This document shows positions 1 to 7,490 of a stretch of DNA of 64,000 nt, piece by piece. Every line of letters starts with the position of its first letter. The first letter of the stretch is position 1. The notes beneath the pieces were generated by a model that worked only from the letters and a program-made list of their open reading frames with translations, made no database searches and was not told where the DNA came from. The stretch is taken from positions 128,001 through 192,000 of the IMG/VR virus record IMGVR_UViG_3300034161_000008, one strand, 5' to 3'. This DNA comes from a virus. Taxonomy: Duplodnaviria; Caudoviricetes. The position numbers and the translations under genes are program-made.

Positions 1-71
1 AGCAAGCCCTGTCGGTCAAAGAAAGGGGAATCCGTACCGTCGAATTTCAAACGACTCAATCGGCGTTGCAT
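1..71 (-). CDS. 5' part of a gene running off the left edge (MQRRLSRLKFDGTDSPFFDRQGL...)
   Basis: ATG at 71 preceded by AAGGAAG RBS; frame open to position 1; lies downstream of the terminator at 121-157. Confidence 0.55.
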   Translation of the reverse strand, partial: MQRRLSRLKFDGTDSPFFDRQGL

Positions 72-115
72 TGTGCTTCCTTACTTTGGAGTATATACAA
101 AATCAGTTGACGGCA

Positions 116-157
116 TAAAAAGCTGCCCAGGGACCGAAGTCCCCAGACAGCGCAGCT
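116..157 (-). terminator. Intrinsic terminator with cUUCGg loop
   Basis: Minus strand GGGAC-TTCG-GTCCC hairpin with extended stem, then TTTTTATGCCG. Confidence 0.75.
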
Positions 158-314
158 AGATCCTGCCTAACAAGACAAGTACCAGCAGTACCACGACGAT
201 CACGCCAATGATACCTGATGGACCGTAGCCCCATGAGCGACTATGTCCCCACGTTGGGAAAGCCCCAAATAGGAGGAGGACCAGTACAATCAGAACGATC
301 GTGCTTACAGTCAT
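156..314 (-). CDS. DUF3309-family small membrane protein (52 aa, MTVSTIVL...)
   Basis: Two hydrophobic segments around the family signature PTWGHSRSWGYGPSG; start moved to ATG 314. Confidence 0.8.
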   Translation of the reverse strand: MTVSTIVLIVLVLLLFGAFPTWGHSRSWGYGPSGIIGVIVVVLLVLVLLGRI

Positions 315-366
315 GGTTCGTACCTCTTGATTAAGAAAGGTGCAACACTGCACAGTATAACCTTTC

Positions 367-738
367 TTAAGCCTTACGAGGTCCCCAGCTGATGCGCTCT
401 ACGCCCAAGTCTTTCAGGTAGAGTACATTGTTGTCATCGGAAATCCCGACATTGAACCCCACCTTGGAGAAGGTCTCGATGTCCTTACGGATGCCATCGA
501 AATCTTTCTTGCTGAACTTCTCAAGTATCCCGCCCATCAAGCGTTGGGATTCAAAGAGCAGCTCGGGGTTCATTAGAGCCCCAGGTTTGCGTGCCTTGTC
601 TTTAGCGATAAGGTCGTTAACCAAAGCGATCGCCCCGAAGAAAGCACCGTCCTCGCCGTACTTCTGACGATCGATTACGTTCTGAACGCTTTCGCCTGGG
701 CGAGCCAATACACCATCTACCGAATGGACTGTACGCAC
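367..738 (-). CDS. Hypothetical protein (~123 aa)
   Basis: GTG at 738 immediately after the thyA stop; the longer 819 start would overlap thyA. Confidence 0.6.
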   Translation of the reverse strand: MRTVHSVDGVLARPGESVQNVIDRQKYGEDGAFFGAIALVNDLIAKDKARKPGALMNPELLFESQRLMGGILEKFSKKDFDGIRKDIETFSKVGFNVGISDDNNVLYLKDLGVERISWGPRKA

Positions 739-739
739 A

Positions 740-1717
740 TTACACCGCCATTGGAGCTGTGATGGGTTCGTGATGCTCGTAGCCTTCCAGCTCGAAGTCA
801 GTTGGGCGCAGATGATCAATCCACACCAACGCTTCCACCAACGTCTCGCACTTCGGAATACGAGGATTGATCACCAACTTCGGAGAGGCAAGAGGTTGGC
901 GTTCCAGAATGGTGTTGACCATCTCGATGTGGTTCTCGTAGATGTGCGCATCACCGATCTGGATGGTGAGGATCTTCGCCGTGTAGCCCGTCAGACGGCT
1001 GATCAGCGACAACAGCACCGCAGCCTCAGACACGTTGAACGGAGCACCCAGACCCAGATCGTTGGAACGAATGTACAAAGTCATGGACAATGTACGGGTG
1101 GTTGGGTTTGGATGGAACTGGTACAGCAGGTGACATGGCGGCAATGCCATCTCGTCCAGCTCGGCAGGGTTCCAGGCGTGGAAGATGATGCGGCGATCTT
1201 GCGGCGTGAAGAGGATCTTTTCGATCACGTCTGCAATCTGATCGATCTTTTTGTGGTACAGGTACTCTGAATTAACAACCACCAGAGTGGCATCCGAGGT
1301 CTCGGTAGCTTCCCAGCCACCTGCCTCCAGCTTATCTTGCACTGCGATATTGAACATATCAACAGATTTATAAGCCTGCCAATCGCGCCACTGAACGCCA
1401 TACACGCGACCCAGGTGATCTTCGCCTTCGCGGAAAGGATTAGCCAGCCACTGTTGGTTTTCGTTAGCGTTCTGGTCCCAGACTTTGCAGCCCAACTCAC
1501 GGAACTGCTTGGCGCTGTCGCTGGCTTGCAGGAAGCCAATCAGCTCACCTACGGAGGACTTGAATGCCAACTTGCGCACAGTGACCGCAGGGAAGCCTTC
1601 AGTCAGGTCGTAGCGCATCTGCGCACCCGGATACGACAGGGTACGCACGCCAGTACGGTTTTCTTGCCACTCACCGTTTTCCAATACGAGTCGCAGCAAA
1701 TCAAGATACTGTTTCAT
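740..1717 (-). CDS. thyA: Thymidylate synthase
   Basis: MKQYLDLL start, RTG motif, RRIIFHAWNP, ALPPCH catalytic Cys, YIRSNDLGLGAPFN, GDAHIYENH. Confidence 0.97.
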   Translation of the reverse strand: MKQYLDLLRLVLENGEWQENRTGVRTLSYPGAQMRYDLTEGFPAVTVRKLAFKSSVGELIGFLQASDSAKQFRELGCKVWDQNANENQQWLANPFREGEDHLGRVYGVQWRDWQAYKSVDMFNIAVQDKLEAGGWEATETSDATLVVVNSEYLYHKKIDQIADVIEKILFTPQDRRIIFHAWNPAELDEMALPPCHLLYQFHPNPTTRTLSMTLYIRSNDLGLGAPFNVSEAAVLLSLISRLTGYTAKILTIQIGDAHIYENHIEMVNTILERQPLASPKLVINPRIPKCETLVEALVWIDHLRPTDFELEGYEHHEPITAPMAV

Positions 1718-2253
1718 TCTTCTTCCTTATCACTGGGCATTACTACCCGATCACGAATTTGTTTATTGGAGAAAAGCTGCCGGAACTCGGGGCTGTTTAA
1801 GTCCCCTCCTTCCAGCATAGCTTTCGATGAGAGCATGTGGTTACCAACCAGCCACTGATCTGTACCTTCTGGGGGCGTGGGTAGCAGCCACTTCTCCATG
1901 ATCTTCTTGATCTCAGGCTTAGGCTCAAACACAAAACCACCATCGAAATTAATGATGGTTGTCCCGTCCTTAACCTGCTCCTCGATCGCACCCATCACTT
2001 GACACGAGATAGGATAGAGACCGCTCACCGAGTAGAGACCTTCCACACCCGTGTCTTTATCGACAGCACGAATCAACACAGGTTCTTCTGGTTCAGGGTT
2101 CAGGATCGGACCACCCCAGCGCTTCAGGAACTCGGAGATGGGTGAGTTGTAGGTTTCCGTAAAGGTTACCACTAACTTCATCCATCGTGGCATGGAGCGC
2201 CGCAAGCGACGCCCCTTCCGGTTGTAGCCCCAGTAGTGCTTAACCTTTCTCAT
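1714..2253 (-). CDS. Hypothetical protein, basic N-terminus MRKVKHY
   Basis: 179-aa ORF coupled by 4-nt overlaps to both neighbours. Confidence 0.7.
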   Translation of the reverse strand: MRKVKHYWGYNRKGRRLRRSMPRWMKLVVTFTETYNSPISEFLKRWGGPILNPEPEEPVLIRAVDKDTGVEGLYSVSGLYPISCQVMGAIEEQVKDGTTIINFDGGFVFEPKPEIKKIMEKWLLPTPPEGTDQWLVGNHMLSSKAMLEGGDLNSPEFRQLFSNKQIRDRVVMPSDKEEE

Positions 2254-4244
2254 TCGGGGTCCTTAGGAGGGAAGAGGGTTGGCTTACCAGTGTCGATGAG
2301 CGTATCCCAGTCCACACGGCGTTCTTCGAACATATGTGGGTTCTGCTCACGAAACAGCTGCTGGGTTGCTTCGGGAGTCAGGCCGCGACCGAGAGGGTAG
2401 CTTTCAGCCACATCGTTGTTTTGGACATCAGGAACAACAACTGCCCCGGCCTTGAGCAACAGATCCTTCATCACTGGGTCGCTGGTAGTGAAGGTAACGG
2501 TAAAGGAGTGATCGTCGTCACCGGCTTTGATCTGAACGTCATCGAACGGCGTTACTGCCGTGTCTTTCACTTCGTCCAAATACTTGTTGATGGTATCCAA
2601 CACTGCCGACGGCATGATTGGGGGTTTGGGGGGAGTGAGCTCGGAGAGCGCCATCAGCATGGAGTTTGTGAGGTCGTCTGCCAAAACACTCTGGCCCGAT
2701 TCGTAGATAGTGCGGATCGGAGGGAAGTACATGAGTCCCAAGTCTGTACGAGATCCCTCGATGTTTGCCTCAGAAATAAACGGCATGGCACCGCGAGGAA
2801 ATAAACGGCGCCGCATCCCAGGAGCAATCAGCGCAGTTTTACTTTCGTAGAACTTGGACATCACCGCAATATCAATGGTGCCGTCCGGCAGGAAGACATC
2901 GGGGATCATGTCCTGCATTTGCTTCAGTTGGGTCTCGGTGAACAAGTCACGACTGAAACTGCCTTTCTCACCCAGCGATGGGTTCTCGCGCAAGCGCTTT
3001 ATTACGTCCGCACCCAAGAACGAGTTATCAGAAACCACCCACTGGTTGAAGAACTCGCGACCATCAGGCTTGCCCGCCGCCTCGAGTTGCGCGCGCAGCC
3101 ACGTATCGTCAACCGTAGTTGCTGGACCATAACGAAGTGAGCGCGGGACTGCGAGTGTACATGCGTTGTAAGTTTGAGGAAGGATCAGTATCCCTAAGGT
3201 ACGAACTGCAAACTGGTAGGCCTCCTCGATAATGTTGTTCTTGGCTTCTGGAGCAACCGACTGCTCGTGGATCTTCCAGTTGTCGCCTCGATCACCGCGC
3301 AAGGACGTGAAGTAGTCCTTAGTGATGAATGCACCGTTACGCGGCAAGAAGAAAATACTGGCAGGCAAGCCAGCTTCTTTACGAACCAACTCACTGTAGT
3401 CCAGACTGATGAAGGCAGCCTTCAGCAGTTCGGCAGGCGCCACCGTATAGAACGTGGTGTCTTCGGTCAGCGAGGAGATGATCTTCGCTACGTTTGACTT
3501 GCGGTGTTGTGCAGCCTCCATGGCAGACTCCAAACCAGTCAGACCTTCGTTCATCACGTCGCTCAACGGTTTGAAGTTCATGATCTTCAGACGCTCAGCC
3601 CACTCATCCAAGCGAGCAACGTCGTCGATCATCAACCAGTTGAAGTCTGAACGGTTAGGATCTGGCACGTAGGACTTGAAAGCGTACTCCGGCTTCATCG
3701 TCAACACGCCAGGACTAACTGGCGCGGTGGGTTCGTGAGGTTCCTTCATGCTAGCGCGGTGTGAAGGGAAACGAAAACGAGGGTCAACGTTAGGATCTTC
3801 ATCGTTGATCTTCACATGACCACCTTCTGGCAAAGGCATCAGGCGAGATTCGTTGTGGTGTTTGTGCCAGCCTTCGAAATGAGAGTGACGTTCTTTGATC
3901 ACCCAGCGTTCGAAACCTGTGGCCAGCATGATGCGGTCGAATTCCACATCCAACTGGCGCGGGAGCCCAGCTGCTTCGAAAGCAAAAGACGGATGAGGGT
4001 AGCCGCCGATACCGCGCGCGTGCTGGACGTTCTCAGTGCTGACGACGAAGTAGAACAAGAGGTCATCGGAAATCTTCTCGTCCGTGTGGCGAGTCTGGCG
4101 CAACAACGTAGATGTGATACCTTCTTGGGAGCCCCAGATTGGATCTGTTAAGCACCATGGGGCTTCTTTGAAACCCAGGCGCTCAGTCAGCGGCTTAACC
4201 AACACCAGGTCGTCAACGATAATCAAATTCAGTGTCTTGGCCAT
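2250..4244 (-). CDS. Large hypothetical protein (664 aa)
   Basis: Long ORF with GAGGA RBS in a co-directional operon; no family recognised. Confidence 0.8.
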   Translation of the reverse strand: MAKTLNLIIVDDLVLVKPLTERLGFKEAPWCLTDPIWGSQEGITSTLLRQTRHTDEKISDDLLFYFVVSTENVQHARGIGGYPHPSFAFEAAGLPRQLDVEFDRIMLATGFERWVIKERHSHFEGWHKHHNESRLMPLPEGGHVKINDEDPNVDPRFRFPSHRASMKEPHEPTAPVSPGVLTMKPEYAFKSYVPDPNRSDFNWLMIDDVARLDEWAERLKIMNFKPLSDVMNEGLTGLESAMEAAQHRKSNVAKIISSLTEDTTFYTVAPAELLKAAFISLDYSELVRKEAGLPASIFFLPRNGAFITKDYFTSLRGDRGDNWKIHEQSVAPEAKNNIIEEAYQFAVRTLGILILPQTYNACTLAVPRSLRYGPATTVDDTWLRAQLEAAGKPDGREFFNQWVVSDNSFLGADVIKRLRENPSLGEKGSFSRDLFTETQLKQMQDMIPDVFLPDGTIDIAVMSKFYESKTALIAPGMRRRLFPRGAMPFISEANIEGSRTDLGLMYFPPIRTIYESGQSVLADDLTNSMLMALSELTPPKPPIMPSAVLDTINKYLDEVKDTAVTPFDDVQIKAGDDDHSFTVTFTTSDPVMKDLLLKAGAVVVPDVQNNDVAESYPLGRGLTPEATQQLFREQNPHMFEERRVDWDTLIDTGKPTLFPPKDPE

Positions 4245-4248
4245 TTTC

Positions 4249-4446
4249 TTATTTCCTCACCGTTATAGTTGGATAAAAGGCTTCACTGAAGCCGCAGTTC
4301 ATCTGGAGAGCCCTGTCGTACAGAGGTTTAATCCAGGAGGCCACTTTGGCTGGAGTCACGCCCTTGAACCACGAACGCTGGATAAGTTTTGGGTAATGTC
4401 TGGCCTTTCGGCGGGCATTCCCGAAATATGCTTTATGTTTGCGCAT
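4249..4446 (-). CDS. Small basic hypothetical protein (MRKHKAY...)
   Basis: TAATG overlap with the upstream gene; fills the gap in the operon. Confidence 0.65.
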   Translation of the reverse strand: MRKHKAYFGNARRKARHYPKLIQRSWFKGVTPAKVASWIKPLYDRALQMNCGFSEAFYPTITVRK

Positions 4447-5021
4447 TAGCCTGAGAATCCGTAAATGAAGAACTGCCAGCCAGCGGCCTTCAGTTCGATA
4501 GCTTGCTTGAGAAAGTCCTCGCCTTCCTTGCCGAACAATTCTCGGTATGTCTTGCCGCCTACTTCTTTAACATACGCCTCGATCTTGCGATCCCATTGTG
4601 GGGCGACTTGATCGTAGTCGAAGTCAGTGATGTCGGTAATGGGGATGATGTTTCGGTTGCGATCCCCGATATAGACCTTGTCGCTGTTAGGGCGACGGAC
4701 CGCGTCGTATGTTTTAGTGACGTCAGAAGTGATCTGGGGTAGGTTGTCCAGAATCAATCCGATGCGCTCTGATTCGCCATACTCATCGCCCAAGTCTCCG
4801 TAACGTGACTCCAAGCTACCACGTGACTCACCGAGCCAGCTGAACATGTAGTAGTTGCGATTAACGTCCTCGCACTCGGCCAGCTGAATATCGCTGGCCA
4901 AGATACCGCTGCCAAAAATAGCAGCCAGCTCGGTGCATTCGCCGGGCACTTTATTGGAATCAGGCAAAGCTTCTGCCCTTGGCTTAATCCGTCCAACGCA
5001 TGCCCAATTATCAGAACCCAT
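4446..5021 (-). CDS. Hypothetical protein (191 aa, acidic)
   Basis: ORF abutting both neighbours. Confidence 0.75.
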   Translation of the reverse strand: MGSDNWACVGRIKPRAEALPDSNKVPGECTELAAIFGSGILASDIQLAECEDVNRNYYMFSWLGESRGSLESRYGDLGDEYGESERIGLILDNLPQITSDVTKTYDAVRRPNSDKVYIGDRNRNIIPITDITDFDYDQVAPQWDRKIEAYVKEVGGKTYRELFGKEGEDFLKQAIELKAAGWQFFIYGFSG

Positions 5022-5174
5022 CTATTTCTTTTCCTTCTTGTCAGCTGCTTTGGCTTTATCCGCGTCGTGGAATTCTTTGGCCACGTCTTGCGGGATTCCT
5101 ACTTTATCAGCAAATTCTTTATTGTGCGCTGCTGCTCGCATCAGGTCCGCTTGCTTCTTGCTCTTGCTTGGCAT
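5022..5174 (-). CDS. Small basic phage protein (50 aa, MPSKSKKQADLMRAAAHNKEFADKVGIPQDVAKEF)
   Basis: GAGGA RBS before ATG 5174; resembles a recurrent small phage protein family of unknown function. Confidence 0.75.
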   Translation of the reverse strand: MPSKSKKQADLMRAAAHNKEFADKVGIPQDVAKEFHDADKAKAADKKEKK

Positions 5175-5454
5175 CTTGAATATCCTCACTAAGTGGGCCA
5201 TCCGTAAAGCCGAACACGCCCATGGCGTCAGAGTGAACGATGTAGGTGTCCCAGTTAATGCGTTTGTCAAAGCAGTAAGCTTTCACATTCAGAGTCTCTG
5301 GGGAGATACCTTCAACGATCTGTTCTTCGGAGTAAAGTCCGTATTCTCGGTATTTCTCCCGAAGTAGTTCAACCAGCGCAGTGCGCGTTGGTTCCAGTTC
5401 TACAACTGTTTCCATCGCCTCAGAGAGCAGATGACGATGATGTCGAAATTTCAT
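5119..5454 (-). CDS. Conserved phage hypothetical protein
   Basis: KFRxHR start and DxRINWDTYIV...GVFGFTDGP motif recalled from phage proteins. Confidence 0.7.
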   Translation of the reverse strand: MKFRHHRHLLSEAMETVVELEPTRTALVELLREKYREYGLYSEEQIVEGISPETLNVKAYCFDKRINWDTYIVHSDAMGVFGFTDGPLSEDIQDAKQEQEASGPDASSSAQ

Positions 5455-6063
5455 TTACGTATCCCTTCGTGTGGCGACAGCGATGCCAGGTTCATGGAAA
5501 GATTCCCACTCAACATAGTGGGTAATATGGCGCTCATCTTTACCGATGAACTCTCCATCGATCGCAGATTCAATTTCTTGCAGGGCGTGTCTGAGGCCAT
5601 TGACACTGTGGGGGTCAAAGTCCTCGATTTTGTGACTGTGGGCATTTGGGTCATGAGCCTTTATGAACTCACCCTCAAGAGCAGGCTTGGGAGCCAATCG
5701 CTTCGCCTTTGCCGAAAGGGCGAATACGTCGATACCACCACTAGGCAAAAAGAACTTGCGCATATCGGCAGGCGGACCTTGCTCGAACTCGCCTTCCAAT
5801 GCGTTGTGGTTTGCAACGATCTCTTTCTTTCGTTCGCGACGCAGCTCAAGGGTTTGAGTAAGGAAGTCATTCAAGGGGATGCGATCTTCGTAGACCTTAA
5901 CTTCCACACCCTTATCTACCAGCTCACCTTCAAGCGTTGCGGGATTGTGGGTCCGCGCAACCAAGGCCACCATCGCATTGAGTGAACGAAAAGGCATATC
6001 AGCCAAAACCTGCGGATCAGTATCCACAGTCCCTTCCAGCGGTGCTTTCGTCAAATCGCCCAC
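5455..6063 (-). CDS. Hypothetical protein (202 aa)
   Basis: GGAGG RBS before GTG 6063. Confidence 0.75.
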   Translation of the reverse strand: MGDLTKAPLEGTVDTDPQVLADMPFRSLNAMVALVARTHNPATLEGELVDKGVEVKVYEDRIPLNDFLTQTLELRRERKKEIVANHNALEGEFEQGPPADMRKFFLPSGGIDVFALSAKAKRLAPKPALEGEFIKAHDPNAHSHKIEDFDPHSVNGLRHALQEIESAIDGEFIGKDERHITHYVEWESFHEPGIAVATRRDT

Positions 6064-6188
6064 GCTTCCTCCAATGCCTTAAAGGCCATGCAAAGTAAAA
6101 CAATAAAGACAACAATACCAATCAGGTACAGCCCGGCAATCACTATGTCGAGAAGGTCTGGCTCTTCGACTGGACCTAAGTCTTTCAT
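6051..6188 (-). CDS. Small single-pass membrane protein (45 aa, MKDLGPVEEPDLLDIVIAGLYLIGIVVFIVLLCMAFKALEEAWAI)
   Basis: Not in ORF track; TAATG overlap with upstream stop; one TM segment; fills the gap. Confidence 0.6.
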   Translation of the reverse strand: MKDLGPVEEPDLLDIVIAGLYLIGIVVFIVLLCMAFKALEEAWAI

Positions 6189-6661
6189 TAATGGTCCTTC
6201 TCACCAGTACGGTGTTTGTGAAGTATCCGATGACCCAGCTCGAACAATGCATTTAGAGCCAATCGCTCTTCGCGCACTTTATTCATGCGAGCTGTAAAGC
6301 CATCGGGATTCCCAGCCTTCCAACGACCATGACCAAAACGCAAAGCTTCTTCACGTTCCATGAAGTCAAAGTACGCGCTGATTGGGCGACGAACTTTACG
6401 CACTAACGACTGACGCTGCCGCCGAACCGGCAAAGTCAAGATGCGATACGTGCCTGGCTCCATCGGCAAGTTGGTCAGCGTGTTGATGTAATCCGTGAAG
6501 CGCTGATTATCATTCCAGTCTTCCCGAGGAACTAGGCTCTTGCGAACGCAGTTCTCCAGGAAGTATTGTGGATTGATTCGACACTCATTTAAAACAGCAG
6601 CCAATTGTTCAGCTGTGAGGTTTGGATCGAACGGATCTACACCTTCCAGGGTAGGGTTCAT
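6188..6661 (-). CDS. Protein with a terminase-large-subunit N-terminal-like segment fused to an unrelated C-terminus
   Basis: NPTLEGVDPFDPNLTAEQLAAVLNECRINPQYFLENCVR resembles the N-terminal region of phiKZ-like TerL (recalled pattern). Confidence 0.6.
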   Translation of the reverse strand: MNPTLEGVDPFDPNLTAEQLAAVLNECRINPQYFLENCVRKSLVPREDWNDNQRFTDYINTLTNLPMEPGTYRILTLPVRRQRQSLVRKVRRPISAYFDFMEREEALRFGHGRWKAGNPDGFTARMNKVREERLALNALFELGHRILHKHRTGEKDH

Positions 6662-6972
6662 TTCACAATCCTTAGTGCTGGGATTCGACGTTCGGGTTGC
6701 TCAGGAACATGAGCGTTGCGCTTTTCCAGGACAGCATGGAAACCCTGCATTGCCTCAGCCATAGTTCCACCATCAACGAACTTGTCGATGATGTCTTTCA
6801 TGTCATCGGGGACAGGGGGAACCACAGTACCGAAAGCCGACTGCTCGCTACGGTGTTGCATGCAACGTTCCGTAGGCGAGTCAGCAAACATGTAACAGTG
6901 GTACTTCTCGCTGCCTTCGTAAGTCATGCGCTTGTAGTCGCACGTCTCGCAGTTATTTGGATTCTTGCTCAT
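6658..6972 (-). CDS. Small Cys/His-rich putative metal-binding protein
   Basis: CETC...HC...CMQH near the N-terminus. Confidence 0.65.
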   Translation of the reverse strand: MSKNPNNCETCDYKRMTYEGSEKYHCYMFADSPTERCMQHRSEQSAFGTVVPPVPDDMKDIIDKFVDGGTMAEAMQGFHAVLEKRNAHVPEQPERRIPALRIVK

Positions 6973-7117
6973 CGGAGCCCTTCCCGTATTTAGCTTTCAG
7001 GGAATCCAGACTTATTTGCACCGTACGAAGTACGTTGTTGCAGATGTTCTGGAGTTGGTGATCCATTCGCTTGCGGTTCTCAGCCCGCTTAGAGCGATAT
7101 GCTTTTGGGTTGTACAT
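6953..7117 (-). CDS. Small basic protein (54 aa, MYNPKAYRSKRAENRKRMDHQLQ...)
   Basis: Not in ORF track; GGGTGAG RBS before ATG 7117, TAA at 6953; fills the gap. Confidence 0.55.
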   Translation of the reverse strand: MYNPKAYRSKRAENRKRMDHQLQNICNNVLRTVQISLDSLKAKYGKGSDEQESK

Positions 7118-7120
7118 TGC

Positions 7121-7390
7121 TCACCCTATTGAGTAGAGTTCATAAATGGCCAGGGCCAGCAGAAGGTACAGCATAGTCCAACCGAAACCGTACAGCCCAT
7201 CACGAATGATCTGCTGTTGAAAAGCTCGGTAGTTCGCTTCTTCTTCTCGTTGCAGCTTTTCCAAGCGACGCTTAGTAATGCCTTCGAGTTCTGCTTTGTC
7301 CCATGGCGTTGGTATTGCACGTGGCTTAACGTGTCTTGCGTCTGGTTCCATTGCGTCAAGCACCTGGATATACGGTTTATGTTTACGCAT
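7121..7390 (-). CDS. Membrane-anchored hypothetical protein (89 aa, MRKHKPY...)
   Basis: Start moved to ATG 7390, downstream of the promoter motif; C-terminal TM segment. Confidence 0.65.
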   Translation of the reverse strand: MRKHKPYIQVLDAMEPDARHVKPRAIPTPWDKAELEGITKRRLEKLQREEEANYRAFQQQIIRDGLYGFGWTMLYLLLALAIYELYSIG

Positions 7391-7430
7391 CGTAAGCCTA
7401 ACTGAGTGATACTTGCACGATAACAAAGGG

Positions 7431-7440
7431 GTAATATGTG
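7431..7440 (-). promoter_or_regulatory. Putative phage early promoter (CACATATTAC)
   Basis: Resembles the phiKZ early TATATTAC element; recurs at four other operon starts. Confidence 0.55.
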
Positions 7441-7448
7441 GCCAAAAC

Positions 7449-7480
7449 AAAATAAAAGAGCACTCCCGAAGGAGTGCTCT
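7449..7480 (-). terminator. Intrinsic terminator
   Basis: AGAGCACTCC-TTCG-GGAGTGCTCT perfect stem followed by TTTTATTTT. Confidence 0.85.
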
Positions 7481-7490
7481 CTATGCCCGC

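Noticed and set aside
6040-6063. DLTKAP at the start of both 5455-6063 and 25683-26222
   Set aside because: No similarity beyond six residues; likely chance
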